64,000 nt of DNA from NCBI GenBank assembly GCA_963822945.1, contig CAWGJO010000021.1, positions 224,001 to 288,000 on the forward strand. Direction: 5' to 3'. Positions 54,025 through 63,524 of this stretch are shown one piece after another. Numbering within the stretch: position 1 is the stretch's first letter; every line of letters starts with the position of its first letter. Both the position numbers and the translations under genes were made by a program. Under the pieces are notes generated by a model. The model was not told the origin of the DNA, made no database searches, and saw only the letters and a program-made list of their open reading frames with translations. The stretch is from an uncultured Gemmatimonadaceae bacterium (GTDB taxonomy: Bacteria; Gemmatimonadota; Gemmatimonadetes; Gemmatimonadales; Gemmatimonadaceae).

Positions 54025-55404
54025 TCACGGGAAGATCTCGCGCTCTTCGTAGACCTGTTGCAGCCGCTGCAGCGCGACGACGTAGCACGCCGTACGGTAG
54101 TCGCAGCCGAAGTTGTTCGCCGCATGCACCATGCGGCTGTAGGCCTGGGACATCGCTTCTTGCAGCCGCTGGTCCACCTCGGCCAGGGACCACTGCTCGC
54201 TGCGGCGGTTTTGCACCCACTCGTAGTAGCTCACGGTCACGCCGCCCGCGTTGGCAATCACGTCGGGAAGTACGTCGATGCCGCGTCGCAGCAGCACGGC
54301 TTCCCCTTCCGGCGTGGTGGGCCCGTTGGCACCCTCCGCCACCAGCTTGACCTGCAGCGCCTCGGCCTCCTTGAGGCCAACCTGATTTTCCAGCGCGGCG
54401 GGCGCGAAGATGTCAGCTTGAACCGAGAAGAATTCGTCGCGATCGATTTCCTTGCCGTTCGGGTAGCCGGCAATGCTGCCGTGCTCTTGAACGTAGGACT
54501 GTAGGCGGTGCGCGTTGAAGCCCTCGGGGTTGTACAGGTATCCGGTGTGATCCCCGACGGCGACCAGTGACACACCCAGATGACTGAGCAACACGGCTGC
54601 GTGGGAACCCACGTTGCCGAAGCCCTGCACGATGAGCTTCTTGCCTTCGAGCTCGTAGCCGCCGCGACGGGCCCATTCCACGATGCAGTGCACCAACCCC
54701 TGACCGGTGGCCTTTTCTCGGCCGTAGGTGCCGCCGCTGGTGATCGGCTTGCCGGTGACCACGCCCATCACCGCTTGCTTGCTGACCATGCCGACGGTGT
54801 TCATGTAGGTGTCCATGGCCCAAGCCATGGTCTGAGCGCCGGTCCCCATGTCCGGTGCCGGCACGTCGTAGTCCGGCCCGATGTTGGAGCCCAGGGCGTG
54901 GAAGAAGCGCCGCGTGATGCGCTGCACCTCGCTGCGAGAGACGTTTCGCGGATTGAACTTGATGCCGCCCTTGGCGCCACCGAAGGGCAAGTTCATCAGC
55001 GAGCACTTCCACGTCATCAGCGAGGCGAGCGCCTTGAAGTCGTCCAAGGACGCAGACTCGTGGAAGCGCATGCCGCCCTTGTAGGGTCCCAGGATGTTGG
55101 AGTGCTGGATGCGGTAGCCCTTGAACAGACGAAACTCGCCGCTGTCCATGCGCACCGGGAAGTGAACGATGATCTCGTTCTTCGGCTGACTCAGAATGCG
55201 CGCGATGTAGTCGGGCATCTTGATCAGCCGACAGGCCCGATCCAAGTAACCCTGAACGACCTGGAAGAACTCGTAGCGATCGTCGCCCGCTTGCTCGGTC
55301 GGATCGACGTATGACAGTCGCCCGGGCTCGTGCTGGCCATCGCCCGCGGGAACGTCGTGGTACGGCTCGCTGGTGGAAGCCGGGGGCTCGGTAATGTGCG
55401 TCAT
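54025..55404 (-). CDS. gdhA: Glu/Leu/Phe/Val dehydrogenase, probably glutamate dehydrogenase
   Basis: GPYKGGMRF, MTWKC, GGAKGG, PAPDMGT, VTGKP, QGFGNVG, EGANGP, NAGGVTVSYYEW. Confidence 0.93.
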   Translation of the reverse strand: MTHITEPPASTSEPYHDVPAGDGQHEPGRLSYVDPTEQAGDDRYEFFQVVQGYLDRACRLIKMPDYIARILSQPKNEIIVHFPVRMDSGEFRLFKGYRIQHSNILGPYKGGMRFHESASLDDFKALASLMTWKCSLMNLPFGGAKGGIKFNPRNVSRSEVQRITRRFFHALGSNIGPDYDVPAPDMGTGAQTMAWAMDTYMNTVGMVSKQAVMGVVTGKPITSGGTYGREKATGQGLVHCIVEWARRGGYELEGKKLIVQGFGNVGSHAAVLLSHLGVSLVAVGDHTGYLYNPEGFNAHRLQSYVQEHGSIAGYPNGKEIDRDEFFSVQADIFAPAALENQVGLKEAEALQVKLVAEGANGPTTPEGEAVLLRRGIDVLPDVIANAGGVTVSYYEWVQNRRSEQWSLAEVDQRLQEAMSQAYSRMVHAANNFGCDYRTACYVVALQRLQQVYEEREIFP

Positions 55405-55502
55405 CGCTGTGCCACTCCCAGTCGTTCTCGGGTCGAGAACGGCAAGTTTTGCCCGGGTTTAGGCACAGCCGCGTTTTTTTGCAACAACGCGTCGCGTCAG
55501 CT

Positions 55503-56322
55503 CTAGCCGCGAAATGCAGTGTACAGATACACCAGCGGAGCGACGATCAGGAGCGCGTCGATGCGATCGAGGATGCCGCCGTGACCGGGAACGATCCAAC
55601 CCGAGTCCTTGATACCCGTTGATCGTTTCAGCAGCGACTCTACCAGGTCGCCCATCTGACCGAGGCTTCCTGCCACGATGGCCAAAGGCACGGCGTGCTC
55701 CAGTGGGATGCTGGGCAGGTACCAGAAGTGGGCCACCACCGCGCCCAGAACCGAGCCGCCCAGCGAGCCGAAGAACCCCTCCCGCGTCTTCTTGGGGCTC
55801 ACCGCCTCGTACAGCTTGGTCTTGCCCAGGAAGCGTCCGGCGAAGTAGCCCCCCGTGTCCCCGAACCAGGCGAAGGTCAGCGTCATCACCACGTAGTGCG
55901 GGCCCGAGGTCACCCTGATCTCGACGCACGAGGGCGATGGTCGTGAGCAGGGCGCCGATGTAAAAAGGCCCCGCCACGTTGGCCATGACGCGTAGCCCCG
56001 CCGAGGGAATTTCCCCCAGTCGCCACAGCGGAAGCAAGACGCCCACGATGGGAACGAGCAGAACGACGGCCAGGAGCTTCTTTGGCTCGTCACTGAAAAA
56101 GTAAACGCCCGCCGATACTCCCACCGTCATGGCAATACCGAGGCCCTGGGCCACGCGATCGCCCGGGTGCGTCATGCCGAACAGCTCCGAAGCGCCCACC
56201 AGACAAGCGCAGGCCACCAAGGTGTACCAACCCCAAACCGGGCCCCAGAACATCAGGGCCAGCAAGAGGGGGACGACGACGATTGCCGTCAGCACCCGCA
56301 CCAGGAGGTTGCTCTTCGCCAA
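55503..56322 (-). CDS. cdsA: Phosphatidate cytidylyltransferase (frameshift near 55900)
   Basis: RVLTAIV; WFGDTGGYFAG, VSPKKT, GDLVESLLKR..GIKDSG..PGHGGILDRID. Confidence 0.95.
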
Positions 56323-56373
56323 GGGCGCCCTGGTTATCAGCCCGCGGGCCGCGCGCCAAGCGCGTCGAGGCGG

Positions 56374-58299
56374 TTACAGGCAGGTATCGTCGTATCCTGG
56401 CGGAGCCACCTGACAGCCGGCAGGGCAAACCTCGCTCGAGGCCAGCGCTCCGCCAGAGCACAGATAGCGCGTGCTCGGATCACCATAGGAGAATTGGCTC
56501 GAGCCGCCGCAGTACCAGCCGCTCGCCTTGCCGGCACACGGGCTGGCGGTGGTGCAAACGTCGTCACTCCCCGGCGGATTGACCTGACAACCGTTGGCGC
56601 ACACTTCGCTGGAAGCGAGTGCGCCGCCGGAGCACAGGTAGCGCGTACTCGCATCGCCATAGGAGAACTGACTCGAGCCGCCGCAGTACCAGCCGCTCGC
56701 TTTGCCGGCACACGGGCTCGAGGTGCCCCCGCCGGTGCCGCCGCTGCCACCGCTGCCGCCCGTGCCGCCGGTCCCGCCACCGCTGCCGCCGGTGCCACCG
56801 CCGCTGCCGCCGGTTCCGCCGGTTCCGCCGGTTCCGCCGGTTCCGCCGCTGCCGCTCGCCGAACAGAAGCCGAAGCCGAGATCCGGATAGCCGGAGTACA
56901 CGTCGAAGTCGCCGATGACCCAGTCCAGATTGAACAGCTTCACGTCCGCTTCGGCCAGCGTGTAGTCGATCTTGAGCGGCGGAATGAACAAGCCCAGCTT
57001 GGCGCCCACGCCCATCGCGTAGTTCTGCGTGAGGTTCAGGTTCACGTCGACCTTCGGGATCTCCGAGGTACCGTCGCAAGATTGAGCGGCCGAAGCCTTG
57101 GCCGTCGCCGAGGCGGACACGTAGATGTAGGGCCCGGCAACGCCGTAGAAGATCAGAGAGAAGGTCGGCTTCAGCTTGCAGCTCGCTTCCGCGTCGAGCG
57201 CGCCGGTAACGCTGACCTCATCCGGCTGGATGTCCCAGTTCTTGTCGGCGATGGGTGACCAGCCCTCCTGTCCGTTCTTGTTCAGGTACTTCGCGCCGAT
57301 CTTCAGCGTCGCGCTGGCCTTGGTTCCGGCTTTCGCCGTCACCGTGCCCTTGAACTTCACGCCACAAGACAGCCCCAGATCGAAGTTGAGCGTCGAGACG
57401 ACGGGGATGGGACCGATGGGCGTGGGCACCCACCAGGTGGGCAAGTTGATGGAGTGTGACGCCACCTTCGCGTTGAACTCCGGGATGGGACCGCCGCTCG
57501 CAAACGCCGTGAGCTGGTCGGCAAACGCTTTCTTTTCGGCGGGGGTGGCCTCGCCCAGCGCCGTCTTCCAATCCACGCCAGCGGAAAAACCCGTCTCGAA
57601 CTGAAACTGACTCGATACCTCGGCGTCCCACTGACCTTGAAGGTAGGCCTGAAACTCCTCGAGCTTGCCGTTCTTGATGTCGAACACGAGCCCGGTGTCG
57701 GGCTTGAACGAGAGCTTCCCCTTACCGATGTCGACGGTCGCCTTTGCGTAGAAATTCCCCGTCAGCGGTACGCCCTTCAAGTTGATCTTGATGTCCGGGG
57801 ACTTCACCTCCAACGGGCCGAACTTCAGCCCCGCAAAGTCGATGGTCGGCAAAGCCGTGGCCTTCACCGCCATTGCGTGGCTCGCGGGTGCGGTGGGAGT
57901 GGGCGGTTTCAGCTCCGTCGACTGCCGCCCGTCCACGATCATGTCGGTGACGTAGGCCGGACTCGTGTCGACGATGATCTCGTCGCCCACCACCGACACG
58001 GACTCGACGGTCCGCAGAAAGCCGTCGGGGTTCTGGTTCACGGTGCTGGCCGGCGAGGCGCGATCCCCAACTAGAAGGTCGCCCTTCACTCGCTCCAAGA
58101 TCTCCGAGTGGGTGGCCTTGGGAAAACGCAGGCGGTCCGCTTCGACGATCACGTCGTCCACCGCGGTCACCACGTTGGTGTTCTCCGCAGCGACGACGGG
58201 CCGGTCCTCGTTGCTGGCGACCTCGTCATCCGAGGAGCAACCCCCGGCGACTGCGCCAGCAACGAGCAACCCTGCCAGCCAGCGCCATTTGAAGCTCAT
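56374..58299 (-). CDS. Large surface lipoprotein with beta-rich core, Gly stalk and two Cys-rich C-terminal repeats
   Basis: GGAGG RBS, lipobox AGGC, 641-aa intact ORF. Confidence 0.85.
   Translation of the reverse strand: MSFKWRWLAGLLVAGAVAGGCSSDDEVASNEDRPVVAAENTNVVTAVDDVIVEADRLRFPKATHSEILERVKGDLLVGDRASPASTVNQNPDGFLRTVESVSVVGDEIIVDTSPAYVTDMIVDGRQSTELKPPTPTAPASHAMAVKATALPTIDFAGLKFGPLEVKSPDIKINLKGVPLTGNFYAKATVDIGKGKLSFKPDTGLVFDIKNGKLEEFQAYLQGQWDAEVSSQFQFETGFSAGVDWKTALGEATPAEKKAFADQLTAFASGGPIPEFNAKVASHSINLPTWWVPTPIGPIPVVSTLNFDLGLSCGVKFKGTVTAKAGTKASATLKIGAKYLNKNGQEGWSPIADKNWDIQPDEVSVTGALDAEASCKLKPTFSLIFYGVAGPYIYVSASATAKASAAQSCDGTSEIPKVDVNLNLTQNYAMGVGAKLGLFIPPLKIDYTLAEADVKLFNLDWVIGDFDVYSGYPDLGFGFCSASGSGGTGGTGGTGGTGGSGGGTGGSGGGTGGTGGSGGSGGTGGGTSSPCAGKASGWYCGGSSQFSYGDASTRYLCSGGALASSEVCANGCQVNPPGSDDVCTTASPCAGKASGWYCGGSSQFSYGDPSTRYLCSGGALASSEVCPAGCQVAPPGYDDTCL
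56377..56718 (-). repeat. Two near-identical 174-nt (58-aa) six-cysteine repeats
   Basis: SPCAGKASGWYCGGSSQFSYGD.STRYLCSGGALASSEVC..GCQV.PPG.DD.C occurs twice, starting at 56718 and 56544. Confidence 0.95.
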
Positions 58300-58371
58300 G
58301 AGCGGACCTCCCGAGACCTAGCTGACAGCTTACATCGATTTCCACCGGGACCGCTGCTAGCAGGAACGTAC

Positions 58372-58813
58372 GTGATTGATTGGCATCACTTACCCCAGCC
58401 TTTCGAGGAGCTCGACCACACCGCAGACGCGGGGGTTGTCGTGAGAGGTGCGGACGCGGAGCAGGTCCTCGCACGTTTGGTGCTGGCCCTGTCGTCGCTG
58501 CTCACGGCCGGTGGCGCGGTGAAGCCCGATGGAATGCTCCGCGTGCGTGTCGAGCCGGGGGATCGCGCCGCCATGGCCGTGGACGTGTTGCGCGAGCTGC
58601 TCTACCGCTTCGAGGTGGAAGGCATGGTGCCCGAGAGCTGCGCGGTGCTGCGTGCTCGATCCCGAAACCGGGGCCGAGGTGGAAGTGGGCTACGGCCCCT
58701 ATGATCCCGAAGCGCACATCGACGGGCTCACGCTCAAGGCCGTTACGCTGCACGAGGCGCGCTTCGAGCGCGACGGCGACGGCTGGGTGGCGCAAGTCGT
58801 ATTCGACGTGTGA
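58372..58813 (+). CDS. Archease (frameshift near 58650)
   Basis: FEELDHTADAG N-terminal motif and LKAVTLH...VVFDV C-terminal motif. Confidence 0.92.
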
Positions 58814-58821
58814 GGTGCACC

Positions 58822-60283
58822 ATGGCGCTGAAGCTCAGACAGGTCGGTCCCTTCAGCTGGGAGATCCCGCGCGAAGGGCGCATGAGGGTGCCCGGCCGGG
58901 TGTATCTGGCGCCGGCGCAGCTCGAGACCGTGCGCTCGGACAAGGCGCTGGAGCAGGTCGCCAACGTCGCTCATCTGCCGGGCATTCTCGGCTGCCAGCC
59001 TGGCCATGCCGGACATCCACTGGGGCTACGGCTTTCCCATCGGCGGCGTGGCCGCGGTGGACGCGCAGGACGGCGCCGTCTCCCCCGGCGGTGTGGGCTA
59101 CGACATCAACTGCGGTTGTCCGCGTGCTCACCACCACGCTGCACGCGGACGAAGTGCGCCCGCGCATGCACGACATCGTGACGCGCCTGTTCAACGCCAT
59201 CCCCACCGGCGTGGGCTCCAGCAACGCCATCGAGAACGCTGTCCCCCGGCGAGCTTCGCCGGGTGATGAGGCAGGGCGCCGCCTGGGCCATCGAGCGCGG
59301 CTTTGCCGCCGGCAGCGACGACCTGCTCCGTACAGAAGAAGAGGGTTGTTTGTCCGGCGCGGAGCCGAGCGCGGTGAGCGATCGCGCGCTCGGTCGCGGC
59401 GCGGGGCAGCTCGGGACCCTGGGCAGCGGCAACCACTTCCTGGAAGTGCAGCTCGTGGACGAGATCTACGACGCGGAGGCCGCGGCCGCGTTCGGCCTGC
59501 GCCAGGGCGAGGTCACGGTGATGATCCACTCCGGCTCCCGCGGCCTGGGTCACCAGGTGTGCGACGAGACCCTGCACGAGCTGTCTCGGAGCTACGCAGA
59601 GCTTCGGCGCCGACTACGCGGCGCTACCGGATCGCCAGCTCGCCTGCGCGCCGATCGGTTCGGACATCGGGCAGAGCTACCTCGGCGCCATGCAGGCGGC
59701 GGCCAACTTCGCCTGGGCCAATCGCCAGGTGATGACCGGGCTCGCGGTCCGCGCCCTGGCCCACGCCTTGGGCATGGCCGAGAGCGGCGTCGGCGCGCGC
59801 GCTTGCTCTACGACGTGTGCCACAACATCGCGAAGTTCGAGCAGCACGAGGTCGAGCGGTGAGCAGCGGCGCGTGCTGGTGCACCGCAAGGGCGCGACCC
59901 GCGCGTTCGGTCCCGGCGACCCGCGCGTGCCCGAGAGCTACCGCGCCGTGGGGCAGCCGGTGCTGATCCCCGGCGACATGGGCCGCTACTCCTTCGTGCT
60001 CGCCGGCAATGCCGCCGCCATGCGGGAGACGTTCGGCTCCTCCTGCCACGGCGCGGGCCGCGTGCTGTCCCGCAAAGCGGCGCTCAAGAAGGCCAAGGGA
60101 CGCCGCATCGATCGCGAGCTCCGGGAGCGCGGCATCGAAGTGATGAGCAAGGGTTTGCGCACCCTGGCGGAGGAGATGAGCGAAGCCTACAAGGACGTGG
60201 CCGACGTGGTCGACGTCATCGACGGTGCCGGCATATCGCGCAAGGTCGCGCGGCTGGTCCCGCTGGGCGTGATCAAGGGGTGA
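58822..60283 (+). CDS. rtcB: RNA ligase RtcB (several frameshifts)
   Basis: [71 protein letters not shown]. Confidence 0.96.
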
Positions 60284-60412
60284 TGCGCACGCGGGGTTCC
60301 CGCTAAAAGGGATTCCGGTCGAGCGGACCGACCCAGAAAACGAAATGCGGCGGCGCAGGGACTGACGACTCCTGCGAGCTCGACACGACGGCAAACCTGG
60401 TACCATGGTTTC

Positions 60413-61476
60413 GTGAGGGTGGACCCGGCGGTTTCCGTGCTCGAGGCGTCCTACCGTCTGCTCGACGACGACGAGAGCTGGCTGGCGGGCCTCGGCCACG
60501 CCCTCACGCCGCTTGTCGGAGGGCTCCAGCGTGGTGTGCAGCCTGGTCACCCGCGGGCAGAAGGTGAAGATCGAACGAGCGCGTCACCGTGCCGGCCGAC
60601 CCGGAGCTGGAGGCCTTGACCGCCCGCATCGAACGCATGATTCCCCACGCCCTCCGTCGCAAGATGCATTTGCGGTTCGGATGCGAGAGCGCGTCGGGGT
60701 TCGCGCAGTCGATCGCGGGTCGCTACGCCGACAAGTCGATGCAGCTTCTGTACGGCCGAACGCTGTATCCCCTCGGCTATCGCGACATCTTCAACGTGCA
60801 GGCCGCCGATCCGAACGGTTGGTCCGTCTGGTGCGCGCTCACGACTCGCCAACGGGTGAACATCCATCCCCGCGCCGCCGCGACCTGGCGACGCGCAGCC
60901 GTGCACGTGCTCGCGGGCTTTCGCTTGCGCAACGTGCTGGCCGAGCTGCCCGAGCGGGATCCCTTTGCCGCGGCCGAAGCCGTGCTCGACGTCGACGGCA
61001 AGCTGGCCCACGCCGAAGGCTCCGCGCGCGACGGCGCCCGCCGTGAGGAACTGCGCGAGGCCGTCAAAGCCGTGGACCGCGCGCGCAGTCGCGCCTTACG
61101 CGACAACCCGGAAGAAGCTCTGGAGCTGTGGCGCGCGCTGTTTTCCGGACGCTGGAGCATCGCGGAGGTGTTCGACTCGGACCAGCGCCGCTACTACCTC
61201 GCGTTCGAAAACGAGCCCCAAGCCGTCGAGGACCGGCGGCTCACGCGGCGGGAAGGACAGGTTGCCATGCTCGCCGCCCTGGGCCGGGACGACGCCGCCA
61301 TGGCCTACGAGCTGGGAATTTCCATGGCCACGGTGCGGACCCATCTCGAGCGCGGCCTGCGTAAGCTCGGGCTCCGCTCCCGGCGTCAGCTGATCGGCTT
61401 GTCAGGCTCGCTGTCGGTGGGACCGAGCAGCAAGGCCAAGAGCTCGAGCCGATTGCACACTCCCAGCTTGCGGTAG
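60413..61476 (+). CDS. LuxR-type HTH regulator with uncharacterised N-terminal region (frameshift near 60520-60590)
   Basis: LTRREGQVAMLAALG...AYELGISMATVRTHLERGLRKLG; ALELWRALFSGRWSIAEVFDSDQRRY. Confidence 0.85.
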
Positions 61477-61685
61477 ATGGACTGAATCTGGTTGCCGACG
61501 GTCCGCACGCTGGTGCAGCGTTGCGCGGCGATGGTCGCGTCAGCCTCGCCATCGAGCAGCATGCGGCACACTTCCTGCTCTGCGGCGGTCAACTCCTGAG
61601 CAGGCTCGACCGCCTGACTGACAACGGCAAAGCGCTGCCCCCGCTGTTCGAAGAAACCGATCCTGCGCTTGGTCGAGTCCGACAC
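61386..61685 (-). CDS. Small stand-alone LuxR-type HTH protein
   Basis: LTAAEQEVCRMLLDG...IAAQRCTSVRTVGNQIQSIYRKLGV; TAATAT 7 nt upstream of GTG 61685. Confidence 0.85.
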   Translation of the reverse strand: MSDSTKRRIGFFEQRGQRFAVVSQAVEPAQELTAAEQEVCRMLLDGEADATIAAQRCTSVRTVGNQIQSIYRKLGVCNRLELLALLLGPTDSEPDKPIS

Positions 61686-61739
61686 CCGGCCAATATTACA
61701 CCCCCGTAAGCTCCAGACGCCCGTCGCGTTGTCCTGTCC

Positions 61740-62402
61740 ATGCACCGGCTCCCACTCGCCCTGATGGCCCTGGCCTGCACGCCGACGAAGCCCGTGCCGC
61801 CGGCCGAACCTGTGGTGGTGTCCCCGGCGACCACCACCGCGGCCCCGCTCCCGGCGACGCGCCAGACGAGCTGCGCCGGCGGCGATCTGGACGTCATCGC
61901 GGTGCTCGGCTCGCGGGGTTGCGTGGTGCCGGGCCTGACCGCAGCGGAAGCGCCGCCGCCCGATGCGCGCCTCGCCCTGCGCGTGGACACCGCCAAGGGC
62001 ACCTGTTTCCGCTGTACCGAGCTGAACGTCAGCATCGACAATCCGAGCGCCGAGCCGCTGGACCTATACCTGGCCGTCGACAACGGTCGCTTCTGCGCTG
62101 CTTCGTCGGCGCCCGCGGTGGACGGAGCACTGGGCAGCAGTGTCTGCTCGCTGGTCGCGGGCACCGTGGACGGCCAGCGCGCCGTAGCGCGGCTCGAGAT
62201 CGCACCGCACGGGCGCGCGCGCGTGCTCGGCCTCCACTTCGTGGCGAACGCATTGGAGGAACGGTCGTTTGCCGACGGCAGTGCAACCGGCTGGTTCGAC
62301 GCGCCCTTTCCCCCGGGCAGCTACTCCGTGAACGTGGTCGTTCCCGTCGCCGGCACCCGCGACGCACGAATGGTCGCACCGGTTGTCGTGAACGTCCCCT
62401 GA
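61740..62402 (+). CDS. Hypothetical lipoprotein
   Basis: Lipobox LALAC-like (LMALAC), Pro/Thr linker, Cys-containing beta domain ending PGSYSVNV. Confidence 0.75.
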   Translation: MHRLPLALMALACTPTKPVPPAEPVVVSPATTTAAPLPATRQTSCAGGDLDVIAVLGSRGCVVPGLTAAEAPPPDARLALRVDTAKGTCFRCTELNVSIDNPSAEPLDLYLAVDNGRFCAASSAPAVDGALGSSVCSLVAGTVDGQRAVARLEIAPHGRARVLGLHFVANALEERSFADGSATGWFDAPFPPGSYSVNVVVPVAGTRDARMVAPVVVNVP

Positions 62403-62534
62403 CACGCGCGAGGACTGGGAGCGGGATCTGCGCAGCGGACGATGCCTTCCGCGCGCGAGGCAGCCGCGGATCACTGCTATCCCACGCGCGCCGCTTGCTG
62501 ATTGCCAAGGCAGGCAGGCTCGCCGGAGCGGACT

Positions 62535-62707
62535 TGGTGTTCCTCGGCGATGCGGCACGGCAGATCGTTCGCTTGCTCGAAGAGCCCGAAGAGCGCGCTC
62601 GACGCGGGGCCGCCGGTCTCGAGCGGGTGCAGCGTTTCGACCGGCGACGGATGGCGAGGGAGTACGCGAGGGTGTGGCGGGAGCTCTCGGCGCGCGCAGC
62701 GCACTGA
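62535..62707 (+). pseudogene. Orphan C-terminal fragment resembling a GT4 glycosyltransferase
   Basis: IVRLLEEPEERARRGAAGLERVQRFDRRRMAREYARVWREL resembles the GT-B/GT4 terminal helices; no upstream catalytic part. Confidence 0.45.
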
Positions 62708-62803
62708 AATTTGTTCATCAAATACGGCAATTTACAGCCAAATCCCGTATCCGCCTGCGTCCCGGACTTCCGTCGCGGCGAGCTTTGGGGCAGGCAACCT
62801 CCC

Positions 62804-63520
62804 ATGAGCGCCACCTACACCCTGCTTTCGCCCCTGTCGCAGACCGAGATGATCGACTTGGAGCTCGAGTGCGGGCGGGCGCTCGACGCGTGGTTCACGG
62901 AGCATCCCGACGACGACGACGACACGGGGGAGATGGGCGCCATGGGCTCGGTGCCGAGCCTCGCGGAGGCACAGGAAGCGTACGCCAAGCTGAACCTCGA
63001 GCTCGACGAGGCGATCGAGAAGCGTCTCGCAACTTGCCGCTCGGCGTTCACCATCGAGAACCCGGGCGACATCGACACCACCGGCGGCTTGCAGGTCGCG
63101 GTGCTCCAGTATTTGCTCGAGCGCGCCGGCGAGAGCCTGATTCTGCTCAACGATTATCCCTTCGAGACCAACGAGTCTTTGCTGGAGCGGCTGAAGTCGG
63201 TGCCTAGCGTGGAGGGCTTCGGAGAAGAGCCCGCGCCCGCCCCGCGGCGGCGACGCGTGCCGCCGATGGTTTCGGCGGACGGCGAGGCACGCGCCGAGCG
63301 CGTGCTCAGAATCCTCGAGGGTGCGATGAACAACGTGAATCGGGCCATCGACGTGAAGAACGCCCTGCATCGCGTGAGCGAGTCCGCCCGCACCTACGGC
63401 GCACTGCTGCTCGAAGAAGGCGCCATGCCCGACGAGAAGGCGGCGCAGACCCTCGGCTTCGAGCTTGCCGCCCTCACGGAAGCAGCGGACGAGCTGGAAA
63501 AAGCGCTGACGCGCCGCTGA
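62804..63520 (+). CDS. Hypothetical acidic protein with possible C-terminal HTH
   Basis: 238-aa ORF with strong codon bias; LLEEGAMPDEKAAQTLG helix pattern. Confidence 0.7.
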   Translation: MSATYTLLSPLSQTEMIDLELECGRALDAWFTEHPDDDDDTGEMGAMGSVPSLAEAQEAYAKLNLELDEAIEKRLATCRSAFTIENPGDIDTTGGLQVAVLQYLLERAGESLILLNDYPFETNESLLERLKSVPSVEGFGEEPAPAPRRRRVPPMVSADGEARAERVLRILEGAMNNVNRAIDVKNALHRVSESARTYGALLLEEGAMPDEKAAQTLGFELAALTEAADELEKALTRR

Positions 63521-63524
63521 TTTC

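Noticed and set aside
55408..55414. TGGCAC on the minus strand upstream of gdhA as a sigma54 site
   Set aside because: Falls a few bases from the ATG with no GC at the -12 position
60390..60400. GGCAAACC resembling the start of a c-di-GMP-I riboswitch
   Set aside because: The following GNRA hairpin and second stem are missing; the segment runs directly into a promoter and CDS
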